Assembly: GCA_001642005.1 (NCBI GenBank)
Contig: LWCA01000020.1
Span: 17,708-81,707, forward strand
From: Intoshia linei
Taxonomy: Eukaryota > Animalia > Orthonectida
Reading direction: 5' to 3'
Length of the DNA stretch: 64,000 nucleotides
Positions 63,675-64,000 of this stretch are shown here, in pieces. Below the pieces are notes generated by a model, which did not search any database, was not told where the DNA came from, and saw only the letters and a list, made by a program, of their open reading frames with translations. Within the stretch, counting starts at the first letter, position 1. Every line of letters starts with the position of its first letter. The position numbers and the translations under genes are program-made.

Positions 63675-63747
63675 GTCTAACTGGCAGAGTGGTTATAGTC
63701 ATATAATTGTATGCTGCGTGGCTAAAGTTCGGATCCCGATTTTGACA
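63675..63747 (+). pseudogene. Decayed tRNA-like sequence (tRNA pseudogene or SINE head)
   Basis: 73 nt long. A-box TGGCAGAGTGG at position 8, B-box-like GTTCGGATCC at the T-loop position, and GTC...GACA acceptor ends. The anticodon and T stems are mostly unpaired. Confidence 0.55.
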
Positions 63748-64000
63748 TATTTTTATTTAAGATGAACTTATCTGAGTTCTTCTCTGCCAATCGTTACAAG
63801 TGTCGTCACCTTATTTCGTCTATTGTTGTTCTCCTTGAAAATAACTCACAACGAAAATCTTATTACTGTGATAAAATTGCAATAGAAGTATATTCTTTAT
63901 TGATAAAATGCACTCTGGGACCGATTTCATTAGGAATTAGTAAATTTCAAAATTAGAGATTTAATGAACAAGTATGCGCTCTATCTAAAAAATCCGAACT

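Noticed and set aside
63762-63956. 64-aa ORF, or an upstream PACS exon in 61.5-64 kb
   Set aside because: No PACS furin-binding-region similarity on the minus strand; the region is repeat-derived.

Overview
AT-rich, gene-dense eukaryotic (animal) genomic DNA. Introns are bimodal: many are 34-40 nt, others are 0.3-2.7 kb and packed with transposons. This architecture resembles highly reduced invertebrate genomes such as orthonectids, but that is an inference, not an identification. Ten spliced protein-coding genes can be reconstructed by hand: a Rho-family GTPase (exon 1 only), a glutaminyl cyclase (QPCT-like), ZFYVE1/DFCP1, PIH1D2, a 33-kb axonemal dynein heavy chain most like DNAH12, NDUFB11, PUF60, ZNF593/Bud20, profilin-4 and a 5'-partial PACS. 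The most striking organisation is PIH1D2 (a dynein-assembly co-chaperone) lying head-to-head with the dynein heavy chain, only 97 bp apart. The block at 49.2-59.2 kb is also ultra-compact: 13 bp between convergent stops and 86-98 bp between tandem genes, possibly operon-like. Large introns contain one dominant non-autonomous Helitron family, many hAT MITEs with 8-bp TSDs (several nested), two MITEs with 7-bp TSDs, foldback minisatellite elements, two hAT transposase fossils and a decayed tRNA-like sequence. All gene names come from recalled family motifs; no database search was run.
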